DNA from: Terriglobia bacterium
Lineage (GTDB): Bacteria > Acidobacteriota > Terriglobia > JAJPHL01 > JAPKYU01
Length of the DNA: 64,000 nucleotides
Reading direction: 5' to 3'
Assembly: GCA_965206645.1 (NCBI GenBank)
Contig: CBDBKE010000004.1
Span: forward strand, 1,440,001-1,504,000
The translations under genes were made by a program, and so were the position numbers. The notes under the pieces were generated by a model that had not been told where the DNA came from, did no database searches, and saw nothing but the letters and a program-made list of their open reading frames with translations. Of this stretch, positions 56,396 through 64,000 are shown piece after piece (positions within the stretch are counted from its first letter, which is position 1; each line of letters starts with the position of its first letter).

Positions 56396-57250
56396 TTATG
56401 TTAGTCCATAAGCCGTTGCAGCCGGGTGGAGCGGAGCGGAACCCGGCGGTGACGGCAAGATCGCTTCCGGGGCTGGCGGCCGGTAGCCCAACGCGCTGTG
56501 CGGGCGAACTTTGTTATACTCCCGTCGCCATCCCTCAATCAACACCTTCGCTTCCCGCAAGGTGTAGAAGATCTCTCCATTGAGAAACTCGTCTCGAAAC
56601 TTCCCGTTCAACGATTCTACATACCCGTTTTCCCATGGGCTCCCCGGCTCGATGAACAAGGTCTTTACCCCTACCCGCTCCAGCCAGTTCCGAACCAACC
56701 GTGCTGTGAACTCGGACCCATTGTCCGAGCGAATGTAATCGGGAACTCCTCGCTCCACAAACAAGGCTGCCAGCCGTTCCAAGACACTCATCGAATCAGC
56801 TCGCCGTCCTACGTCGATCGCCAAACATTCTCGCGTGTACTCATCCACCACCGTCAACATCTTCAGGGGACGACCGTCCCGGGTTCGATCTGCCACAAAA
56901 TCGTACGCCCAGACATGATCCCGCCAGCACGGTCTTAACCGAAGACACGACCCATCGTTCAACCACAGGCGGCCTTTCCGGGGTTGTTTCTTCGGCACTT
57001 TCAGCCCCTCCTGCCTCCAGATTCTCTCCACGCGCTTATGGTTCACCCGCCACCCCTCCCGTCGCAACAGCGCCGTGATTCGCCGGTAGCCGTATCGACC
57101 GTACTCGCCGGCTAACTGCAGCGTCCGGGTCACCAGTCGCGGTTCATCCTGTGGTGTCAAGGTTCGATGCCGCTGGGTGGATCGGTACTGCCTCAGCACT
57201 CGACACGCCCGCCGCTCCGACACTCCCAAGGTCTGGCAGACACGCTCCAC
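56396..57250 (-). CDS. IS3 transposase OrfB (DDE integrase core)
   Basis: YGYRRI, WAYDF, VVDEYTRE, SDNGSEF, PWENGYVES and YNKVRPHSALGY. Confidence 0.93.
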   Translation of the reverse strand: MERVCQTLGVSERRACRVLRQYRSTQRHRTLTPQDEPRLVTRTLQLAGEYGRYGYRRITALLRREGWRVNHKRVERIWRQEGLKVPKKQPRKGRLWLNDGSCLRLRPCWRDHVWAYDFVADRTRDGRPLKMLTVVDEYTRECLAIDVGRRADSMSVLERLAALFVERGVPDYIRSDNGSEFTARLVRNWLERVGVKTLFIEPGSPWENGYVESLNGKFRDEFLNGEIFYTLREAKVLIEGWRREYNKVRPHSALGYRPPAPEAILPSPPGSAPLHPAATAYGLT

Positions 57251-57273
57251 TGCCTGCCTCCGTCGGCGCGGGC

Positions 57274-57552
57274 TCAGAAGTTTCCCGAGGATGCCTCCTT
57301 CAGAATCGCTAGGTCCAACGCCTGATCCGCTACCAACTTCTTCAGTCGGCCATTCTCCCGTTCCAGTTCCTTCAGTCGCCTCACCTGATCAACCCGTAAG
57401 CTCCCGTACTCCTTCCGCCATCGATAATATGTCTGCTCTGTGATTCCCAACTTCCGACAGACCACTCCCGTTGTCTGGCCCTTAGCCAGTTCCACTTCTG
57501 CCTCTCGTAGATGTCGGATGATCTGTTCGGCCGTATCCCGCTTCTTAGCCAT
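57274..57552 (-). CDS. IS3 transposase OrfA (HTH)
   Basis: VCRKLGITEQTYYRWRKEYG and LKELERENGRLKKLVAD. Confidence 0.93.
   Translation of the reverse strand: MAKKRDTAEQIIRHLREAEVELAKGQTTGVVCRKLGITEQTYYRWRKEYGSLRVDQVRRLKELERENGRLKKLVADQALDLAILKEASSGNF
57280..57286 (-). other. Programmed -1 frameshift slippery site G_GGA_AAC
   Basis: Minus strand GGGAAAC TTC TGA at the end of orfA, typical of IS3 orfAB fusion. Confidence 0.7.
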
Positions 57553-57625
57553 CCTTCCCCCTTTTTCAAGTCCAGTTGAAACCCTTTACTCTAACTTATC
57601 AACTGGACCGTTTTTGGGGGGCAGG

Positions 57626-58534
57626 TCACCAGGCGGCGGCCCCGGCCAGGCACGCCACAAGCGCCGAGCACAACAAGAATCCCCAGTTGGGCAGGGAGAT
57701 GGCAGGATCTGGTATTGCTTGCAGTTGGCCCTGCAGATGGAAGGGTGCCGGGGCCACCAGCCTGCCCAGGTAGATTCCGGTCAGATACACACTCGAGTAA
57801 ACGTGAGAACTGAGCGACTGTGAGAACGGATTGGCCACCATCACCAGCCCACCGAGCGCCAAAGTGCGCAGGGCGAAGTAGATGGCCAGCGGCACCAGGT
57901 GGTAGAGGTAGGCCCGCCGCCCACCGGGCTTGCGGAACCAATGCTCGTAGACCACCAGCAGTGGCAGCAGCATCAGAGCCGTCTCCTTGGACAGCAGGGC
58001 GAGCAGGGCCACAGCAGCCGACCAAGCCGGACGGCCCCGCACGTAGAGGTAAACCGACAACAGAAAGAAGAATGCGTAGGACAGCTCAGTGACGGCCGCA
58101 ATCCAGGCAATGGCTTCCGTGTGAACGGGATGAACGGCGAACAGCAGCGCGGCCAGAAGCGCGGACGGTCCGGCGCACCACGTCGCCCCGAGAGCTCTCC
58201 CGAGGTAAAAACCCAGCAGTGAACAACCAGCATGGAACAGGAGATTGGCTGCGGGAAATCCGGCTGCCTCCAGCCCGAACAGTGCATAACAGGCCATGTA
58301 CAGCAGGTGCATCATTGGCCGGTAGTAATTGCTCTTCTCCTCCGGGCCGCGAAACGACCAGACATGACTGGAAAAAATCTGGCCCAGGGAACGGGGGCTG
58401 CGAAGGTAGGGGTTGTTCAGAACCTGGGACAGATCGTCGGAGACAAAACCTTTGTTGAGCAGGCTCCAGTGAAGGGCAATGGCTAGCAGGACGATAGCCG
58501 CAGGCGCTGCCCAACGCGCGATTCCCAGGCGCAT
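57626..58534 (-). pseudogene. TMTC/PMT-like GT-C glycosyltransferase, truncated by IS3
   Basis: FVSDD, YYRP, NLLFH, LFAVHPVHTEAIAWI and LLSKE; ends at an IS-supplied TGA and lacks the remaining TM helices/TPRs. Confidence 0.8.
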
Positions 58535-59245
58535 CGTCCTATTCTACGATCCGAGGCGACCAAACGGGAGCCGAGCTTGCTTCCGCACAGGCTGAGCTAC
58601 AAAGCTTCTCCGCGGCGATGAAGTTCTCCCCAAGGTGGTGTCCAGCGCGCCGGCGAGGCTTTCAGAATTGCTTCGCTCGCGAGCCGACCGACCTGTGTCC
58701 GCCTGCAAACGCCCTGGGCCTGCAAACGCCTTGGGAAAGAAGGTAGCCGGGGCCAAAGAAGGGAGCACTTCTATTTGTAGAATTCAACGCATTCTACATT
58801 TGTGCTATATAATGTTCTGAACAGGAAGTGTGTTGCGTGTTGCATTCGGCTGTGGGCTATGGTCGCAAGTTGCAGAATCGCACCGGATTGGCGGATCAAA
58901 CATTTCCCCCCCACTTGTCATGGACGGAAGACCGCGTGGGAGTAGGTCAACGGGCCGGTTGTCGAGGGATCGTTCTTTGCATCCCGCCCGTGTTGAGGGA
59001 TTTCGGTGGGCTGTGGAGAACTTGTGCAAAGAGTTGGACGTTCCTTTATAACCATTTTACTATCAACGAACTACATGGCTGGGCTTGCAGTGGAAAATCG
59101 CCGCCTGCTGCGGCACGAAGAGGCAAACTGGATCGCGTTCTCCTGCAAGCGCTAACTTGCACTACCTTGCAGCGACCAGAAAAACTTGCGAGCGACCGTA
59201 GCCGCACTGTAAAAATCCCCGGTTCCGCTTCGCATTAAGCTCGCG

Positions 59246-60610
59246 ATGGCTCCTAGCGACCCGGTCTTAGAAAAAGGATTACCGAGCAACCTGGATGCCG
59301 AACGATCGGTCCTCGGCGCCGTTCTGCTCGACAACTCCGCTTACAACTTCGCTGCAGAACTGCTGATCGCCGACGATTTCTCGAGCGATGGCCACCGGCG
59401 GATCTTCGCGCGCATGGTGACTCTGGGGGAAAGCGGGCGACCGATTGACCCGGTCACGCTTACTGAGGAACTGCTGCGCACCAACGAACTGGAGACGGCC
59501 GGGGGCGTGGCCTACCTGTCGGCACTCACCGAGGGGCTGCCGCGGGCGAGCAACGTCGCCCACTACGCCCGCATCGTCAAAGACAAGGCGGTACTGCGCC
59601 GCTTGGTTCACACCTCCAACAGCATTCTTCACGAAGCAATGGAAGGCTCCGAGGATGCCGCCGACATCCTGGGGCGCGCCGAAAGTGCCATGCTTTCGGT
59701 GGGAGAAGACCGCGAGCGCGAAGGGCTGACCACCCTGGGCGAAGTCTTCAAGAAGACCTACAGGTCGCTGGACGACCTGCTGGACCGCGGCAGCCGCATC
59801 ACCGGCCTGACCACCGGCTTCCGCCGGTTCGACGACCTCACCTGCGGGCTGCAGTCGAACGACCTGATCCTGGTCGCGGCGCGCCCGAGCATGGGCAAGA
59901 CTGCCTGGGCCCTGTCGGTGGCTTTGCACGTAGCGGTCAAGCTTTTCCCTCCCCGCACTGTCGGCATCTTCAGTCTGGAGATGAGCAAGGAAGCGCTGTT
60001 GATTCGCCTGCTGTGCGCGGAGGCTCGCGTGGACTCGCACAAGTTCCGCTCAGGCTTCCTCAACAAGGAGGAAATGCAACGGCTGGCCCAAGCCATGGGC
60101 CGGCTGGCCCAGGCACCCATCTACATTGACGACACGCCCGGACTCCGCCTGCAGGGGATGCACGCCAAGGCGCGGCGGCTGAAAAAGGAGCACGGTTTGG
60201 CCCTCGTCGTGCTCGACTACATCCAGCTGATGAACGCGCCGAGGGCGGAAAACCGCAACCAGGAGATTTCGGCGCTGTCGCGGGGGCTAAAAGCGCTAGC
60301 GAAGGATCTGGAGGTGCCGCTGCTGGCGCTCTCGCAGCTTTCCCGGGCTCCCGAACATCGCGGCCAGGAGCACCACCCTCAGCTAGCCGACCTGCGCGAC
60401 AGCGGCTCACTGGAGCAGGACGCCGACCTGGTGGCTTTCCTCTATCGCAAAGACTACTACCTGAGGATGGCTGGCCAGGAGGTGCCCGACGACGTGGCTG
60501 GGCGGGCGGAACTGATCATCGCCAAGCAACGCAATGGCCCCACTGACAGGGTGCCTCTTGCCTTCCTGGACCGCTTCGCGCGCTTCGACAACATCGCCGA
60601 GGGGTTTTAG
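59246..60610 (+). CDS. dnaB: Replicative DNA helicase
   Basis: AERSVLG, AARPSMGKT, FSLEM, DYIQL, LSQLSR, DLRDSGSLEQDAD and KQRNGP. Confidence 0.97.
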   Translation: MAPSDPVLEKGLPSNLDAERSVLGAVLLDNSAYNFAAELLIADDFSSDGHRRIFARMVTLGESGRPIDPVTLTEELLRTNELETAGGVAYLSALTEGLPRASNVAHYARIVKDKAVLRRLVHTSNSILHEAMEGSEDAADILGRAESAMLSVGEDREREGLTTLGEVFKKTYRSLDDLLDRGSRITGLTTGFRRFDDLTCGLQSNDLILVAARPSMGKTAWALSVALHVAVKLFPPRTVGIFSLEMSKEALLIRLLCAEARVDSHKFRSGFLNKEEMQRLAQAMGRLAQAPIYIDDTPGLRLQGMHAKARRLKKEHGLALVVLDYIQLMNAPRAENRNQEISALSRGLKALAKDLEVPLLALSQLSRAPEHRGQEHHPQLADLRDSGSLEQDADLVAFLYRKDYYLRMAGQEVPDDVAGRAELIIAKQRNGPTDRVPLAFLDRFARFDNIAEGF

Positions 60611-60632
60611 GCCGGCGTGGAAGGATCGCCAC

Positions 60633-61757
60633 ATGTTGGGCCGCCGCAGCTGGGCTGAGGTTTCGCTGGGCCGATTGTGCGCCAACTTCCGCGCGATCCG
60701 CGCTCTGGTGGGCCCCAAGATCCAGATTCTGGCGGTGCTGAAGGCAGACGCCTACGGCCACGGCGCAACGGAGGTAGCGCAGGCCTTGGCGGAGGAGGGA
60801 GCCGGGTGGTTCGGCGTCACCTGCGCTTCCGAGGCGACCCCGCTACGCCGCGCCGGCCTGACCCAGCCGATCCTGCTGTTTAGCGGCTTCTGGCCGGGCG
60901 AGGAAGAGCTGTTGTTCGAGCAGCGGCTAACCCCGACTGTGTTTGCCGAGCCACACCTGCGTCTACTTGACGCCGGCGCCCGAAAGCGCGGCGTCCGGCT
61001 TCCTGTTCATCTCAAAGTGGATACCGGAATGACCCGCCTGGGCATCGCCGCCTCCGAGCTGGCCCCGTTCCTGGAGCTTCTGCGCACCTGCACTCATCTC
61101 CAGCTCGAAGGCCTCTACACTCATCTGGCCTCGGCCGAAGAGCCTTCGCTGGAACAGACGCGCCAGCAACTGGAGTTGTTCGGCCGCGTCCGGCAGCAGG
61201 TGGAACAGGCAGGCTTTCACCCGCCTTGCATCCATCTGGCCAACAGCACGGCACTGGCCCGCTGCCCTGAATCCTGGGGGACCATGGTGCGGCCGGGGCT
61301 GGCCCTCTACGGCTACCAGCTCTGTGAATCGGCGCTACGAGTAGAGCCAGTCCTAAGCCTGAAGTCGCGGGTGCTTTCCCTACGGTGGGTGCCTGAGGGG
61401 ACGGCGCTAGGCTACGGCGCCAGCTACGTGACGCCAACCCGGGCGCGGATTGCCACCGTGGGCGCCGGCTATGCTGATGGCGTCAACCGCGCCCTCTCCA
61501 ACCGCGGCCGCGCCCTGCTGCGTGGCCTGCCGCGCGGCTGCTTCGCCCCGGTGGTGGGCCGCGTCAGCATGGATTTCGCCCTGCTGGACGTGACCGCCAT
61601 CCCCAACGTCGAGGTCGGCGATGAGGTTGTCTTCATCGGCTGCCAGGGTGCGGCCCGGATCACGGCCACCGAAATCGCCGAATGCGCCGGGACGATCCCT
61701 TACGAGATCCTCTGCAACATCGGCCCCCGCGTCCCTCACGTCTATCTTTCCTCCTAG
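60633..61757 (+). CDS. alr: Alanine racemase
   Basis: AVLKADAYGHG, KVDTGMTRLG, GYADG, GRVSMD and TIPYEIL. Confidence 0.95.
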   Translation: MLGRRSWAEVSLGRLCANFRAIRALVGPKIQILAVLKADAYGHGATEVAQALAEEGAGWFGVTCASEATPLRRAGLTQPILLFSGFWPGEEELLFEQRLTPTVFAEPHLRLLDAGARKRGVRLPVHLKVDTGMTRLGIAASELAPFLELLRTCTHLQLEGLYTHLASAEEPSLEQTRQQLELFGRVRQQVEQAGFHPPCIHLANSTALARCPESWGTMVRPGLALYGYQLCESALRVEPVLSLKSRVLSLRWVPEGTALGYGASYVTPTRARIATVGAGYADGVNRALSNRGRALLRGLPRGCFAPVVGRVSMDFALLDVTAIPNVEVGDEVVFIGCQGAARITATEIAECAGTIPYEILCNIGPRVPHVYLSS

Positions 61758-61892
61758 CTCCGGCTAGATCCAATGCCCTGATCCAAGGAGGAAATTTCTT
61801 TTCCCCTTCGGGATGCCGTTTAGTATCCTGAGTCCCTACTGGGCCGGTTCGCAGTTGTGTTCCAGGCCGGTTACGGAGTGCGAGGAGGCGAT

Positions 61893-62945
61893 ATGGAAGA
61901 GAAATCAAGACGGGAGTTTTTGCGCGACGCTGTAGCGGTAACCTCAGTGGCTGTCTTGGCCGAGGAGTTCATCGCGCAGACCGCCAGCGCTACAGCGTCT
62001 GGGCTGCCCACACGCCCGCTGGGCAAGACCGGGCTGCGGGTTTCGATTGTCGGTTTGGGGGGCGGACATATTGGCGCGCTCAACGACGAGAGCCTGGCCA
62101 CCCGAATCATGCACGCGGCGATTGACGAGGGGCTCACCTTCTTCGACAACGCTTGGGAGTACTCCGATGGGGTCGCCGAGGAACGAATGGGCCGGGCCCT
62201 CGCCATGGATCGCCGCCGCGACAAGGTCTTCCTGATGACCAAGGACTGCGAGCGTGATTACCAGGGCTCGATGAGAAACCTGGAGGAAAGTCTTCGGCGC
62301 TTGCGGACGGACCACCTCGACCTTTGGCAATTCCATGAAATTAACTACTACAATGATCCCGACTGGGCCTTCGAGAGAGGCGCAATCCGGGCCGGCCTGG
62401 AAGCGAAAAAAGCGGGCAAGGTGCGCTTCATCGGATTCACCGGGCACAAGGATCCGCTCATTCACCTGAAAATGATCTCCAAACCCTACCCTTGGGACGC
62501 GGTCCAGATGCCGATCAATGTGATGGACGCGCACTATCGGAGCTTCCTAAACGAAGTCGTCCCAGTGTGTTTGAAAAGCAAGATTGGCGTGCTCGGGATG
62601 AAGGGCTTGGCCGGCGGCAGGCCCGAGGGTCGGCTAACGTCGGAAGCCGGGCTGAGCGCAATGGACTGCTATCGGTTTTGTCTGAGCCAGCCGGTCTCCA
62701 CCCAGATCCTGGGAATCACCACCATGGATCAGTTGAACGAGAATGTCGCAATGGCCCGCCATTTCAAGCCAATGTCTGGGGAGGAAAAGAACGCTCTGAT
62801 GGCCCGAGTGAAAGACGAAGCGACCGACGGACGCCACGAATTGTTCAAGAGCAGCAAACAGTTTGATAGTACGCATCACCGGCTACAGCATGGCTTCGAG
62901 GCGAGGGCGGCGATTGATGACCCTGAGCATGCCTCTTGGGGCTGA
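61893..62945 (+). CDS. Aldo/keto reductase with Tat-like leader
   Basis: SRREFL, LGKTG..VSIVGLG, FFDNAWEY, LRTDHLDL and GFTGH; AGGAGG RBS. Confidence 0.9.
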   Translation: MEEKSRREFLRDAVAVTSVAVLAEEFIAQTASATASGLPTRPLGKTGLRVSIVGLGGGHIGALNDESLATRIMHAAIDEGLTFFDNAWEYSDGVAEERMGRALAMDRRRDKVFLMTKDCERDYQGSMRNLEESLRRLRTDHLDLWQFHEINYYNDPDWAFERGAIRAGLEAKKAGKVRFIGFTGHKDPLIHLKMISKPYPWDAVQMPINVMDAHYRSFLNEVVPVCLKSKIGVLGMKGLAGGRPEGRLTSEAGLSAMDCYRFCLSQPVSTQILGITTMDQLNENVAMARHFKPMSGEEKNALMARVKDEATDGRHELFKSSKQFDSTHHRLQHGFEARAAIDDPEHASWG

Positions 62946-63129
62946 AGGAGATCACTCCAGCCCGATCCTGACTTAAATGACTTGGTACTTCCGACAGCGC
63001 GCGCCGCCAGCACTGTCTCGCCCATAGAATCAAGTTCGTCCGGTGTTATACTGAGGCTAAAGAATGGCAAGTAATTTGCCGACGAAAGTTCCGGCCGGCA
63101 TTTCAGCGCCGGAACGGAAAGGGGTTACT

Positions 63130-64000
63130 GTGCTTGACCTTGCGATTGCAAGGGCAGTATTCGCCGCCGTCCTCACCGTCGCTTGCTACTACTTCCGTCC
63201 TTTTGGGCTTGGCGCGGAGTCTGCCTTGCTTGTGGGCCTGGCGCTTTCAGCAGCTATCATCAGTTTTGAAATTCGATTAAGGCGCGCCAGCCTGACCCGG
63301 TTGATCGGCGTGGCGGTGGGTTCCACGTTGGGAATCCTCGGCGCCTTCCTGATCAGCCTGGTGATCGGACACAGCGTGAACGAGCCCACCACGAAGTCCT
63401 TCCTGCAGGTGATGACGCTCCTGCTGATGGGCTACGTGGGGCTGGTAGTGGGAGCGAGCAAAGGCGACTTGTTGAACCTGGCCGCCTTGGGGGACCTGTT
63501 TGGCAGCGAGAAGCCGGTCAGGGAGTCTCTTAAGGTGCTGGACACCAGCGTCATCATTGACGGCCGCATCGCTGACATCTGCGAGACCGGTTTTGTGGAC
63601 GGCGTCCTGGTGGTCCCGCGGTTTGTGCTGCGCGAGCTGCAACTGGTGGCCGACTCGGCCGACTCCCTGAAGCGCAACCGTGGCCGTCGCGGCCTCGACG
63701 TGCTGCAATACATTCAGAAGATGCCCCAATTGCAGGTGCAGATCGTCGAGGACGACTTCCTGCACATCCGCGACGTGGACATGAAGCTGATTGAATTGGC
63801 CAAGAAGTACGAAGCCAAGATCGTCACCAATGACTTTAACCTGAACAAGGTGGCCCAAGTGCAGGGTGTCCCGGTGTTGAATATCAACGAGCTGGCTAAT
63901 TCCCTGAAGCCGATTGTCTTGCCGGGCGAGACCATGAGGGTGTTCATCCTGAAAGAAGGCAAGGAGTACAACCAGGGAGTGGCCTATCTGGACGACGGGA
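63130..64000 (+). CDS. Membrane PIN/TRAM-domain protein (YacL-like), runs off the window end
   Basis: Four TM helices then KVLDTSVIIDGRI, VPRFVLRELQ, RGRRGLD, VTNDFNLNKVA and GVAYLDDG; absent from the ORF track because it has no stop in the window. Confidence 0.9.
   Translation, partial: MLDLAIARAVFAAVLTVACYYFRPFGLGAESALLVGLALSAAIISFEIRLRRASLTRLIGVAVGSTLGILGAFLISLVIGHSVNEPTTKSFLQVMTLLLMGYVGLVVGASKGDLLNLAALGDLFGSEKPVRESLKVLDTSVIIDGRIADICETGFVDGVLVVPRFVLRELQLVADSADSLKRNRGRRGLDVLQYIQKMPQLQVQIVEDDFLHIRDVDMKLIELAKKYEAKIVTNDFNLNKVAQVQGVPVLNINELANSLKPIVLPGETMRVFILKEGKEYNQGVAYLDDG

Larger units (their letters stand above)
56367..57628 (-). mobile_element. IS3-family insertion sequence (IS407-like), 1262 bp
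   Basis: Imperfect terminal IRs TGACCTGCCCCC...GGTCCA at both ends (TG...CA); orfA/orfB arrangement. Confidence 0.93.

Noticed and set aside
1-64000. tRNA, rRNA, prophage or anti-phage defence genes
   Set aside because: None recognised by eye; a tRNAscan/Infernal run would be needed to exclude small RNAs.

Overview
GC-rich bacterial chromosomal segment. Gene content is suggestive of Acidobacteriota, but that is inference only. It is mostly housekeeping and metabolic genes: pyrD 3' end, an IF-1 gene, an orphan ParB-like protein, transketolase, and a nadA-nrtR-pncB NAD operon with a clear promoter and palindromic operator. It continues with three sugar-phosphate isomerase/epimerase TIM barrels, a radical SAM enzyme, two tandem cytochrome c + PQQ-dehydrogenase modules and a frameshifted MBL-hydrolase-PilZ fusion. 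Further on are sucA followed by acoXABC, a parvulin-TPR-CRTAC1 protein, a type IV pilus/T2SS assembly operon, a TetR-TolC-HlyD-ABC efflux operon, ALDH/NCS1, proS, PBP1b, an IS3 that truncates both neighbours, dnaB-alr, an aldo/keto reductase and a partial PIN-TRAM gene. The most striking unexplained structure is a family of inverted heptamer-repeat elements. One encloses a 23S-IVP-like four-helix-bundle gene inside the ALDH-NCS1 operon, and a truncated second copy sits at the NCS1 stop. Two cargo-less hairpin versions, built from different heptamers, fill stop-to-start gaps in the pilus operon. Together they suggest an mRNA-level intervening-sequence or miniature mobile element system.
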